The notes: generated from the letters alone by a model not told the origin. Numbered from the stretch's first letter, positions 1-9,149 are shown. The stretch is 30,654 bases of DNA from an uncultured Chloroflexia bacterium (GCA_963752475.1 CAVVYR010000012.1:1-30654), one strand, 5' to 3'. Translations and numbers: made by a program.

Positions 1-290
1 GGACCGATACGCCGCTCCGCGGTGAGTACCGTTTGACGGCAAGGGCGATGGGGGTGATCACGGGCGGCAAGTGCAGCACACGGCCGCCGGACCTGATCCG
101 GCGTCCGTTGCGCCAACGCTTGCCGGTGCGTGGGTTGATCCCGACCATCCGGGACGCCCGGGCTGACGGCACCACCTCGGAGACTAGCTTGGCGAAGGCT
201 GTCCGTTTCTCATGGTCCGGCGGTGCTCCTCGGCGACCCATCGCGACCCCCTGGTGCTTGGGTGTTGCGACGTTCACCAGATTCCGCGCC
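1..290 (-). mobile_element. IS30-family insertion sequence, left end plus transposase N-terminus (runs off the window)
   Basis: Minus-strand ORF from ATG at 241 (absent from the ORF track because it has no stop in the window): MGRRGAPPDHEKRTAFAKLVSEVVPSARASRMVGINPRTGKRWRNGRRIRSGG...KRYSPR, typical of IS30 transposase N-termini in high-GC bacteria. 261-290 reads GGCGCGGAATCTGGTGAACGTCGCAACACC on the minus strand, resembling IS30 terminal repeats (GGCG...GCAACACC). Confidence 0.75.
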
Positions 291-553
291 AGGAACCCGT
301 GACCACCAGAACCCGTGACTAGCGGAGGTAGTGGTTGGTAGAGCGCGGAGCCTGTGCAGCGGCGTCATCCACTCGCCTCGGCATATGCGAGTTCCTCGCC
401 CTCGACACGCTCCGGGACGGTCTTCGACCCGCGATTAGCGTCTTCTCGGGGCTGCTTAGGAAGCCGAGCACGAGGACGCTCGATCCAAGTCGACGCCACG
501 ACACGGACTCCCGCGCCACGACCGATGGTCGGTGCTGGCCGTGGGCCCTCCGG

Positions 554-940
554 TCATCGACGTCCGTCCAACTCACGCAATCCATCCGGCGCACCAGAGA
601 CAGCTTCGATGGTGGCGACTCGGGCTCTACGCTGCCCCAGCGTCACGATGGCGACACCGGCGAGGATTGACGGTAGTGCCACGACCACTGGCCCGGTTAG
701 CGTCTCGCCGCCGATCGTCATGCCCAGCAGGACCGCGACAACGGGATTGACGTAAGCATAGCTCGTGCCATCACAGCGCTCGTGTGCCGCAACAGGTACA
801 CCTAAGCCGTGTAGCCGACGATCGAGCCGAATACTATGGGGGAGAGCAGGGCGGCCAGGGACTCCACGGTCGCGGTGACCGTGATGCGTTCGCCACCAAC
901 AACCCCGAGCACCAGGAGCGCCGTCCCGCGGCTGAGCAGC
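554..940 (-). pseudogene. EamA/DMT (YedA-like) transporter C-terminal remnant
   Basis: Across frames it reads LLVLGVVGGE...ESLAALLSPIVFGSIVGYTA*VYLLRHTSAVMA/TSYAYVNPVVAVLLG..GGETLT. In-frame TAG at 802-804, a 1-nt frameshift near 770, and the 5' half is missing. Confidence 0.75.
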
Positions 941-996
941 CGCGTTCCAAACCGAGGAGGAGGTCTCTGACTTCCCGACCAGCACGGAGGCACGCG

Positions 997-1845
997 ATGA
1001 CACGACACCACCTGCACTCGAGCGCAGGGTCCGGCCGCGTCCTTGACGTCAGTCCCTCGTCCGTGGGCTGGGCCAGCCTTGACTTCTCGGTCCTGGCACT
1101 CGATAAGGGCACGCCACAGGCGTTGGAGAGCGCGGGCCGAGAGCTCGCCATCGTCCCGCTGGAGGGGAACGTCCAGGCCGAGGTCGGCGACGGCACGTAT
1201 GAGCTGCGCCGTTCGTCGGTCTTCGCCCAGATGCCCCACGTCCTCTATGTGCCGCCCGGCCACCGGGTCAGCATCGTCGCCGACTCCCGGGCCGAAGTGG
1301 CGGTCGGCGGTGCACCAGCGGATGGTCGCTACCCCGTGCGTCTCTTCACACCGGACGAGATGCGACTGGAGATTCGGGGTGGCGGTGGCGCCACGCGTCA
1401 GGTGAACCACATCCTCGCCCACCCGCTGCCGGCGGAGCGGCTCATCCTCTACGAGGTCTACGTCCCGCGTGGCGGCTGGTCAGGGTGGCCTCCGCACTGT
1501 CACGACGGCTACGAGGGCTCGCCCTATCTCGAGGAGACCTACTACTTCCGGCTCGATCCGGCCGATGGCTGGGCCCTCCACCGCAACTATCGGGTGGACA
1601 CTGACTTCGACGAGACGTTCGCGGTTCGCGACCGCGACGTCGTGTGCGTCACTCAGGGCTTCCACTCGAGCGCAGCCGCGCCGGGCTCGCACCTGTACTT
1701 CCTCAACTACCTCGCGGGCGATCTCATCGACGACGAACGCCGCATCCCGCCCTTCTTCCAGCCGGAGTACCGCTGGATCGACGGTAACTGGGAGCAGGAC
1801 GCGATGACACTACCGGCGGTCACGCCCGAGGCCGGACAACGGTGA
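997..1845 (+). CDS. iolB: 5-deoxy-glucuronate isomerase-like protein (IolB/KduI cupin family)
   Basis: GGAGG at 986-990 precedes ATG 997 (the track ORF from 784 is over-extended). Motifs RGGGGATRQVNHIL, LYEVYVPRGGWSGWPPHCHD, YLEETYYFR and LYFLNYLAG match IolB. Confidence 0.88.
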   Translation: MTRHHLHSSAGSGRVLDVSPSSVGWASLDFSVLALDKGTPQALESAGRELAIVPLEGNVQAEVGDGTYELRRSSVFAQMPHVLYVPPGHRVSIVADSRAEVAVGGAPADGRYPVRLFTPDEMRLEIRGGGGATRQVNHILAHPLPAERLILYEVYVPRGGWSGWPPHCHDGYEGSPYLEETYYFRLDPADGWALHRNYRVDTDFDETFAVRDRDVVCVTQGFHSSAAAPGSHLYFLNYLAGDLIDDERRIPPFFQPEYRWIDGNWEQDAMTLPAVTPEAGQR

Positions 1846-2807
1846 CTGAACGTGGGTCACTCAGCCCCGGCAAGGCGCGCGGGCTGGCTACCGCCTCGAC
1901 CCGCGAGGGGGTCTTCACCATCCTCGCCATCGACCACCGCGACTCCCTACGGGTGGTGCTCGACCCGACGGACCCGGATGGCGTCAAGCCCTCTGCCATC
2001 ACGGCCCTGAAGCTCGACCTGCTGCGGGGCCTGGCCAAGCGGGCCAGTGCGGTCATACTCGAGCCGGAGTACAGCGTCGCCCCGGCCATCGCCACGCGCT
2101 TGCTGCCAGGGTCGGTAGGCTTCCTCGCCGCCATCGAGGCGCAGGGGTACCTGGGTGACCCGGCCGCGACGAGCACCTCCCTGCTTGAGGACTGGGGCGT
2201 CGCTAAGGCCAAGCGAGTGGGCGCCAGCGGCATCAAGCTGCTGGTCTTCTACCGACCCGATTGCGGCGAATCAACCGCGGCCCAGGAGCGGCTCATCGCC
2301 GAGGTCGTGACCGACTGCGCCCGCCACGATATCCCGCTCTTCCTGGAGCCGCTGCTGCGCGACCGGGCGGGCGACACGGTCGACCGACGCGTTCTCGTGA
2401 TTGAGACGGTGCGCCGCCTCGGGCGCCTGGGTCCCGAGTACCTCAAGGTCCAGTTCCCGCTCGACACCGATGCGGAGGACGATCGGGTGGCCTGGCGCGA
2501 CGCCTGCGCCGAGCTCGACGACGCCGCCCCGGTGCCATGGGCGCTGCTTTCGGGTGGCGGCACCTTCGAGCGCTTCCGCGAGCAGCTCGCCATCGCCTGC
2601 GAGGCCGGCGCCTCGGGCTTCATGGCCGGGCGGGCGCTCTGGGGCGACTACGTGACAGCGCCGCCTGACAAGCGTGCAGCGCTGATGTCGTCGACGCTCC
2701 GGCCGCGGCTCGACGAGCTCTCTGCTATCGCTCGCCGCGATGGCCGGGACTGGTCGAGTGGGCACACGCTGCCGCAAATCGACGAGCAGTGGTACCGGAC
2801 CTACTGA
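1842..2807 (+). CDS. Class I ketose-phosphate aldolase, tagatose-1,6-bisphosphate aldolase (LacD/YihT) family
   Basis: LAIDHRDSLR, GASGIKLLVFYRPD, PLFLEP, YLKVQFP (Schiff-base Lys), WALLSGG and GASGFMAGRALW. GTGA overlap with the iolB stop. Confidence 0.88.
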   Translation: MTERGSLSPGKARGLATASTREGVFTILAIDHRDSLRVVLDPTDPDGVKPSAITALKLDLLRGLAKRASAVILEPEYSVAPAIATRLLPGSVGFLAAIEAQGYLGDPAATSTSLLEDWGVAKAKRVGASGIKLLVFYRPDCGESTAAQERLIAEVVTDCARHDIPLFLEPLLRDRAGDTVDRRVLVIETVRRLGRLGPEYLKVQFPLDTDAEDDRVAWRDACAELDDAAPVPWALLSGGGTFERFREQLAIACEAGASGFMAGRALWGDYVTAPPDKRAALMSSTLRPRLDELSAIARRDGRDWSSGHTLPQIDEQWYRTY

Positions 2808-3110
2808 TGCGAGCTGGGACCCCGCAGCCAGGCGGCCTCGAGCAGCCGCTCGACGACCCGCATGCTGGCGGCCGTGTCGGGCACCGGCACCGGCACCTCT
2901 GTGTGCTCGATGACGGTCCGCACGAATCCGGGCCCGCAGCCAGTATCGGTCCGCAGCCGGTACCTCGATGGTGCTAAGGCCCGAGAGACGGGGACGGGCG
3001 TCGCCGCCGCTGGCGATGGTGGTTACGTTATCGGCGGGGCAGCTGAACGGGTCTGACAACGAGAGCCAGCCCTTCATGATGTGGAGACGCACACGACGGT
3101 GCTGAGAGCT
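2801..3110 (-). pseudogene. Degraded C-terminal remnant of a Gfo/Idh/MocA oxidoreductase
   Basis: Two minus frames join to give RVRLHIMKGWLSLSDPFSCPADNVTTIASGGD...TIEVPAADRY / FVRTVIEHTEVPVPVPDTAASMRVVERLLEAA...*, resembling the C-terminus of this family. The stop at 2801-2803 abuts the aldolase stop. Confidence 0.45.
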
Positions 3111-3538
3111 ATGAGGGAACCTGCACACACGTCAGCTGTTCGCACGAGGATGCCGTGTCGGATACCTGGATGGGTGCTCAGGTTTCGATCGGCGGGATCT
3201 GTTCAGTACTCAGGCGGTGTCGACAGGGTTCGGCCTCGCGAAGCGATCGACGTGCAGATCGAGAACGCATACACGAAGAACACGGTGGCACGCTTCGCTA
3301 CGATCGACGCCTTTGGGGACCATCGGCGTGGTCGGGCCCGACACAATGGATATGGCTCTGTGCGCGATCATCGATGGTGCCGATAGGCAAGCCCGCCACA
3401 GCCGGCGGGCACTCCTGTTCATCGATTCCTCTGCCGATGGACAGTCGTGGGTGGGCGCATTCGAGAACGTACCAAGGAAGTAGCACAGAATGTGGCTTCA
3501 TCCGCTCGGATGCGGGCATCCAGAAGGAGTATCGCTCG

Positions 3539-4366
3539 ATGTATGACTCGCTCTTCAGTGTGCAGGACAAGATCGTCATCGTCACCGGCGGCCTGGGCCA
3601 GATCGGATCGGAGGTCGTCAAGGCCCTGCTTGAGCGTGGCGCCCGCGTCGCGGTGTTCGGACGGCATGTCACGGGCGAGCAGGCTGCGGCGACACTCGGC
3701 CAGAGCGTCCCCGACGATCGCATCGCACTCCACGCCGTGGACATCACCGAGCGGGCCACGATCGATCAGGCGCTCGACGAGTTGGCGGCCCGCTGGGGCA
3801 CCGCGGACGCGCTAGTCAACATCGCCGGGCTGGACACGCAGCCGAGTGCTCCACCCGCCGTTTCCGGGCCGTTCGAGGAGTTCCCGGAGGAGGTCTTCCG
3901 AGAGGTGGTGGAGGTGAACCTCGTCGGCACCTTCCTGATGATCCAGGCCGTCGGAGCCCGGATGCGCAGGGCGGGTTCGCCCGGCGCCATCGTCAACGTA
4001 GGTTCCATCTACGGGATGGTCTCGCCGGTGCAGGACATCTATGCCTATCGCAAGGAGCAGACCGGGATCCCGTTCGTGAAGCCGGTCGCCTACAGCGCCG
4101 CCAAGTCCGGAATCTACAACCTGACCCGCTACTGCGCTACGTACTGGGGCCGTGACGGCATTCGCGTGAACACGCTGACGCCCTCTGGGGTCGCACGCGA
4201 CACCCAGGACGTCACCTTCCAGGCGAACTACATCGCCCGCATCCCGATCGGCCGGATGGCCCGGGCCGACGAGTTCAACGGAGCCGTCATCTTCCTCATC
4301 TCCGACGCGTCGGTGTACATGACCGGCTCCAACCTGGTGATCGACGGTGGCTGGACCGCCTGGTAG
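3539..4366 (+). CDS. Classical short-chain dehydrogenase/reductase (SDR)
   Basis: AAGGAG at 3524-3529 precedes ATG 3539. TGGLGQIG nucleotide-binding motif, NIAG, GSIYG, YSAAK catalytic motif and NLVIDGGW. Confidence 0.92.
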   Translation: MYDSLFSVQDKIVIVTGGLGQIGSEVVKALLERGARVAVFGRHVTGEQAAATLGQSVPDDRIALHAVDITERATIDQALDELAARWGTADALVNIAGLDTQPSAPPAVSGPFEEFPEEVFREVVEVNLVGTFLMIQAVGARMRRAGSPGAIVNVGSIYGMVSPVQDIYAYRKEQTGIPFVKPVAYSAAKSGIYNLTRYCATYWGRDGIRVNTLTPSGVARDTQDVTFQANYIARIPIGRMARADEFNGAVIFLISDASVYMTGSNLVIDGGWTAW

Positions 4367-4387
4367 CGAACGGCCACGCGGACGGCC

Positions 4388-4642
4388 CTAGTGTCCCGCG
4401 TCTGAACTTGGTTGACGGGTCGCGCGGGGCAGGATCTCGTCGGCGGTCTTGGTCCAGGTGAACGGATGGCAGCGTCCGTTCCAGCCGTAGATGAAGGTCC
4501 GGATGGCAGCCACGAGCTGCGGGACGCTGGCGAATGAGCCACGGCGGATGACCTGTCGGCTGATGATGCCGAAGAACACCTCGACGAGGTTCAGCCACGA
4601 GCCCGAGGTGGGGGAAGTGGAGCGTCACCCGGGGATGCTTGG
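4388..4642 (-). mobile_element. IS630-family remnant A: transposase C-terminus and right end
   Basis: KHPRVTLHF/PTSGSWLNLVEVFFGIISRQVIRRGSF.SV..L...I..FI..WN....PFTWTKTADEIL, with a frameshift near 4612-4616. The end CTAGTGTCCCG is at 4388-4398. Confidence 0.88.
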
Positions 4643-5265
4643 TCGAGGCCAGGGTCCGCGACATCGTGGGCCTCTACCTCGACCCACCCGACGGCGCGAT
4701 CGTCCTCAGCGTCGACGAGAAGACCCAGATCCAGGCCCTCGACCGGACCCAGCCGATGCTGACGTTGCGCCCCGGGCAGGCCGAGCGCCACACCCATGAC
4801 TACAAGCGCCACGGCACCACCTGTCTGTTCGCCGCGCTCCAGGTCGGCAGCGGGGCCGTCACCACCGACCATCGGGCCCGCCATACCGGACGACTTCCTG
4901 GCTTTCATGCGCTGGGTGGCCCGCGCCTATCCCGAGGGCGAGCTGCACGTCGTGCTCGACAACGTCTCCACCCACACGACGCCCGCGGTACGGGCCTGGC
5001 TCGAGCGACATCCCGCATCACCTTCCACTTCACCCCGACAAGCGCCTCGTGGATGAACCAGATCGAGACCTGGTTCGGCATCCTCACCCGCAAGGCCATC
5101 CGTCGGGGCAGGTTCGGCAGCGTCACGGAGCTCATCGCGATGGTCGATGCCTTCACCCGCAGCTGGAACGAGGGCGCCAGGCCCTTCGTCTGGGTCAAGA
5201 CCGCGGATGCCATCCTGGCCAAGGCCGTGCCCAAACCGCCAGCCAATAGCGGATCGGGACACTAG
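4642..5265 (+). mobile_element. IS630-family remnant B: 5'-truncated DDE transposase and right end
   Basis: VRDIVGLYLDPP..AIVLSVDEKTQIQALDR...HDYKRHGTT..LFAAL / VVLDNVSTH / FHFTPTSASWMNQIETWF. Compensating frameshifts near 4888 and 5013, no HTH region, and the end CGGGACACTAG at 5255-5265. Confidence 0.9.
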
Positions 5266-6200
5266 CCCGTCGACCGGAGCGCCTCGTCGATGGACACCGA
5301 CGTGTCGAAGCGGCGTGCGCGGATGAGCGCCTCGATGGCGCACAAGACCCTCGTCAGCTCCACGTTCGCGCTCACGGTGTAGGCTGCGTCTGTGTGACGG
5401 GACCCCTCGTTCGCCTCACCTAGCAGCGTACCCAGGGCCCGTTCGAAGCTGGCGGGGAAGTCCAGCGGCGTGCTCGGTGAAGTGGCCCGACCGCGGTCTC
5501 CCCAGAACTCGAGGGTCTCGGTCTTGTCCGCTGGCTCGGCGTGCAAGGTCATCCTGGTGGTGCTGACTGCACCTTGCTGGTGCCGCAACGCAAGTGCTGT
5601 CTCCCCGAGTGGGTCGTGCGCCGTCACCGAGACCGCCGTCACCGGCCCGAGCACGGCCACCAGTTGCGACACGATGTGCGGTCCCACGTCCCAGAGCGCG
5701 CCGCCTTCGTGGCGCCACCGGGACGCCGCATAGGGGCTGCCCTCCGCCAGCGCGGCGGAGATGAACTCGACGTGCCCGCTCGTGTGGCCCATCCGCGCCT
5801 GCCCCCGCAGCCACGCGGAACGGACGGGCTCGAACAGGCGTGTCAGGAACACCAGTGCTGCGACCCCGGCCCCCGAAACGGCTGCATCGACTCGGCGAGC
5901 GTCCGGCACGGACAATGCCATGGGCTTCTCCATCAGCAGGTGCTTGTGGGCCTGGGCGGCCAGGACAGCAGGATCCACCTGGACCGCCGGTGCGACCGCC
6001 AGGTCCACCAGGTCGACCGCGTCGAGGAGCTGCGCGAAGCTGGCGAAGGCACGAAGCCCGTGCGCATTCGCGATCCGCTCGCGCGCCGCCACGTTGCGAC
6101 CCCAGATGCCGTGGGCATCACCGCCCCCTAGTGCCTCGATAGCCGGCGCGTGGATGGTCTCGGCCCAGTAGCCGGTACCCACTAGCCCGACCGAGATCAT
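5262..6200 (-). CDS. Gfo/Idh/MocA family oxidoreductase (in frame with the upstream DHDPS-like gene in this sequence)
   Basis: Own likely start ATG 6200: MISVGLVGTGYWA, then HLLMEKPMA and GGALWDVGPH. Confidence 0.85.
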   Translation of the reverse strand: MISVGLVGTGYWAETIHAPAIEALGGGDAHGIWGRNVAARERIANAHGLRAFASFAQLLDAVDLVDLAVAPAVQVDPAVLAAQAHKHLLMEKPMALSVPDARRVDAAVSGAGVAALVFLTRLFEPVRSAWLRGQARMGHTSGHVEFISAALAEGSPYAASRWRHEGGALWDVGPHIVSQLVAVLGPVTAVSVTAHDPLGETALALRHQQGAVSTTRMTLHAEPADKTETLEFWGDRGRATSPSTPLDFPASFERALGTLLGEANEGSRHTDAAYTVSANVELTRVLCAIEALIRARRFDTSVSIDEALRSTG

Positions 6201-7112
6201 CGCCCGACGCTCGCGGCGATCGATCTCGACCTTCGTCGCTGCCGCCGGGGGCAGCACCTCGAGCGGGACGCTGACGGCTGGAGTCTCGATGATGCCGTCG
6301 CGGTGCAGCAGGTGCTTGAGGGCGCCCAGCTCTGAAGCGTGGCGGCCGAGACCATGCTCCTGGCCCACGCCGAGGATCCCCGCCATCACATCGACCTGCG
6401 CCTGGAGCTGCCGGAGTCGCTCGTGGTCGCCCGCGCGGTGAGCCGCATGGAGCCCTACGAACAGGTCCGGGCACACGTTGCCGACGCCGGGCACGATGCC
6501 GTCCGCACTCGCGGCCAGGGCTTCGGAGGCCAGTCGGTCCGATCCCAGCATCATGGTCCGATCGCCCACGCCGCCGACCTCGCGCACGATGCGCCGGAAG
6601 GCGGCCATGTCACCGGAGGTGTCCTTGAGGCCCACGATCACGTCACGCCCGAGCAGGTCGATGACGACATCGACAGGCAGTTTGCGCCCGACGTTGCCCG
6701 GGATGTCGTACGCGATGACGGGCAGCGAGCTGGCCGCGGCGATGGCTTCGAAGTGACTCCTCGTCTCGGTGGCACTGACGTCGGCGTAGAACGGTGCCGT
6801 GACCACGATGGCCGCGGCCGGCCAGCGCTCGATCCAGCGAGCTTGCTGGATGACCCGTGCCGTCGAGCCCGCGAGTGCTCCTGCGAGGACGGGGACCGCA
6901 CCCCCGACGGTCGAAAGCACGACCTCGAGCGTCCTGGCCCGGGCAGCATCGTCGAGATAGATGGCCTCGCCACTGGAGCCCAGCGTGAACAGTGCATCGA
7001 CGTCTGCCTCGAGCTGACGGGCCACGAGGCGCTCGAGGCTGCGCTCGTCCACCCTCCCGTGATCTGCGAGCGGCGTGCAGATGGGGATGACGATGCCGGT
7101 GAGTCTGGTCAT
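6197..7112 (-). CDS. Dihydrodipicolinate synthase/NAL superfamily aldolase (2-keto-3-deoxy sugar-acid aldolase-like); stop lost by a +1 frameshift, giving the 616-aa ORF 5262..7112
   Basis: GIVIPICTP, LGSSGE, YDIPG, GLKDTSG and DGIVPGVGN; the residues differ from true DapA (GTTGE, KEA). An alternative frame ends IAASVGR* with an ATGA overlap at 6197-6200. Confidence 0.85.
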
Positions 7113-7134
7113 CGTGGGCTGCGTCCTGTGCTCG

Positions 7135-8223
7135 TCATACGCGGTGCTGCTCCATGTAGTCCCGGTCGAAGTCCAGGCCGTGGCCCGGCACCTCGCGCAT
7201 CGTGTATCGGCCTTCCACGAGGGGGTGTGGCGTGCGCAGGGCCTTGAGTGCGCTCAGCGTGCCGCCCTCCGTATCCTCGGCGATGTAGCCGTTCGGGAGA
7301 GCGCACAGGACCTGCGCCGAGAGTTCCAGCATGAAGTGCGGCGCCATCGGCCGGTTGAAGGCCTGGCTCAGCGCCGCAATCTCCATGTAGGGCGTGATGC
7401 CACCGACGCGCACGATGTCCGCCTGCACGAAGTCGACGGCGTCCGCCATGAGGTAGTCGCGGAACTGGTAGATGGTGTAGACGTTCTCGCCAATCCCGAT
7501 AGGCGTCTCGATCTGCCGGCGAAGGCTGGCGTGGCCGGGGATGTCATCGCTCAGCAGTGGCTCTTCGATCCACGTGAGATCCAGTCCGCGCAGCAGGTCG
7601 ATCCGGCGCACAGCCTCGTCGGGGCGCCAACCCTGGTTGGCGTCGACCATCAGGTGCCGGGAGCCGATCACCTCACGGATGCGCGTGAGTCGTTCGACGT
7701 CCTCCGCGGGGTCCGGCTTGCCGATCTTGACCTTCATGGCTGGGTAGCCGCTCTTGCGCCAGCGCGTCACCTGCGACAGGAGTTCTTCTTCCGACAGCCC
7801 CAGGTTGATGCCACTCGCATAGACGGGGATTGAAGAACGCACTCGGCCCAGGACATCGACGAGGGGGCGCCCCTGCTCCCTGGCCAGCAGGTCCCAGAGT
7901 GCGATGTCGAGCGCGCCCAGCGCCGTGGTGGTTAAACCGGCTCCACCCAAGTCGTGCAGGAAGTGCCAGGCCTCGTGCCACACCGCACGTGGCGACACCT
8001 CCCTGCCTAGGACGAAGGGCGCGAGGCTGTGCTGGATGAGGGACTCGATGGTCTTGCCGCCGTCACCCGAGGTGTGGCTCACGCCCGTGCCGGTCACCCC
8101 GGTGTCGGACGTCACCTCGACGAGAACGAGCTCGATATGGGTGACGTGATGGATGGTGTCGTACCAGTCCCCACCGAGGAGCGGGAGGCGCGCGACGAGC
8201 GTGTCGATGGAGGCGATCTTCAT
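7135..8223 (-). CDS. Mandelate racemase/muconate lactonizing (enolase superfamily) enzyme, probable sugar-acid dehydratase
   Basis: Start MKIASID at 8223. ALDIALWDL, MKVKIG (KxK), MVDANQ, WIEEP, GEN, QADIVRVGGIT and APHFMLE. Confidence 0.92.
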   Translation of the reverse strand: MKIASIDTLVARLPLLGGDWYDTIHHVTHIELVLVEVTSDTGVTGTGVSHTSGDGGKTIESLIQHSLAPFVLGREVSPRAVWHEAWHFLHDLGGAGLTTTALGALDIALWDLLAREQGRPLVDVLGRVRSSIPVYASGINLGLSEEELLSQVTRWRKSGYPAMKVKIGKPDPAEDVERLTRIREVIGSRHLMVDANQGWRPDEAVRRIDLLRGLDLTWIEEPLLSDDIPGHASLRRQIETPIGIGENVYTIYQFRDYLMADAVDFVQADIVRVGGITPYMEIAALSQAFNRPMAPHFMLELSAQVLCALPNGYIAEDTEGGTLSALKALRTPHPLVEGRYTMREVPGHGLDFDRDYMEQHRV

Positions 8224-8267
8224 CGTGTGGTTCCCTTGAGTATCGTGGATTGGATGAATGGGATCGG

Positions 8268-9149
8268 TCAGCCCTTCACGGCGCCGGAGGCAAGCCCGGA
8301 GATCAGCGCGCGCTGGGCGTACATGAAACCGATGAGGATGGGGATGGCAGCGAGCACCCCGCCGGCGGTGAGGAACTCCCAGCGAATCAGGTTCTCGCCG
8401 ATGAACAGGTTGAGGCCGACGGGGATGGTCCGGTTCTCCGTGCTCGCCGTGAAGGTCAGCGCGAACAGGAACTCGTTCCAGGAGTAGATGAAGGCGTACG
8501 TGCCGGCGGCCGCGATGCCCGGGCGCGACAGCGGCAGGATGACGTGGCGGAAGGCCTGCATCTTGCCGCAACCGTCGATGTAGGCGGCCTCCTCGATCTC
8601 GATCGGGATCTGGTCGACGAACCCCTTCATCAGCCAGGTGCTGAACGACATCGCGAACGCACTGTAGACGAGCATCAGGCCGATCTTGCTGTCGTACAGC
8701 CCCAGGTTCAGGAGCTGGATGTACAGCGGCACGATCAGCAGCACGGTCGGGAACAGCTGGACCAGCAGGATGCCGGCCAGGACCACCTGGCGGCCGCGGA
8801 ATCGGTAGCGGGAAAGGGCCGTGCCGGCGAGCAGCGCGCTGGTGATTGTGATGAGGACGGTCCCGACGGCGACCATGAGGCTGTTCGTCACGTACTGGAA
8901 GAAGGGCGTGGTCGTCAGCAGGTCGGCATAGGCCGCCAACGTCGGCTCCTGCGGCAGGATGCCGCCGCCGACCATCTCGCTGGGCGGTGTGATGGACGTG
9001 ATGAACATCCACGTGTACGGCGCGAAGACCCCCACGATCCACGCGGCGATGAGCAGGTAGACCGGCCGGAGCCAGGTCGGCCACCGGCTGGTCTTGGGCC
9101 CTTCGGTCGGCACGCGGGCGGACTGTGCGGCGGCGCCGGCGTAGCTCAT
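8268..9149 (-). CDS. Carbohydrate ABC transporter permease (MalG-like)
   Basis: Hydrophobic helices, EAA motif IPIEIEEAAYIDG, WNEFLFAL and C-terminal GAVKG. Confidence 0.95.
   Translation of the reverse strand: MSYAGAAAQSARVPTEGPKTSRWPTWLRPVYLLIAAWIVGVFAPYTWMFITSITPPSEMVGGGILPQEPTLAAYADLLTTTPFFQYVTNSLMVAVGTVLITITSALLAGTALSRYRFRGRQVVLAGILLVQLFPTVLLIVPLYIQLLNLGLYDSKIGLMLVYSAFAMSFSTWLMKGFVDQIPIEIEEAAYIDGCGKMQAFRHVILPLSRPGIAAAGTYAFIYSWNEFLFALTFTASTENRTIPVGLNLFIGENLIRWEFLTAGGVLAAIPILIGFMYAQRALISGLASGAVKG

Noticed and set aside
293-319. Direct repeat GAACCCGTGAC at 293-303 and 309-319 beside the IS30 end
   Set aside because: Only two 11-bp copies with a 5-bp gap. It is not a CRISPR array, and it cannot be called a target duplication without the other IS end.
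319-553. Short ORFs between the IS30 end and the EamA remnant
   Set aside because: No recognisable motif or RBS; possibly decayed gene debris.
3221-3250. CGACAGGGTTCG...TCGCGAAGCGATCG resembling the operator
   Set aside because: Several mismatches and the wrong spacing; plausible by chance in CG-rich DNA.
7135-9084. 649-aa track ORF suggesting a long N-terminal extension on the enolase-family enzyme
   Set aside because: The extension is an off-frame read through the permease gene; the real start is 8223.
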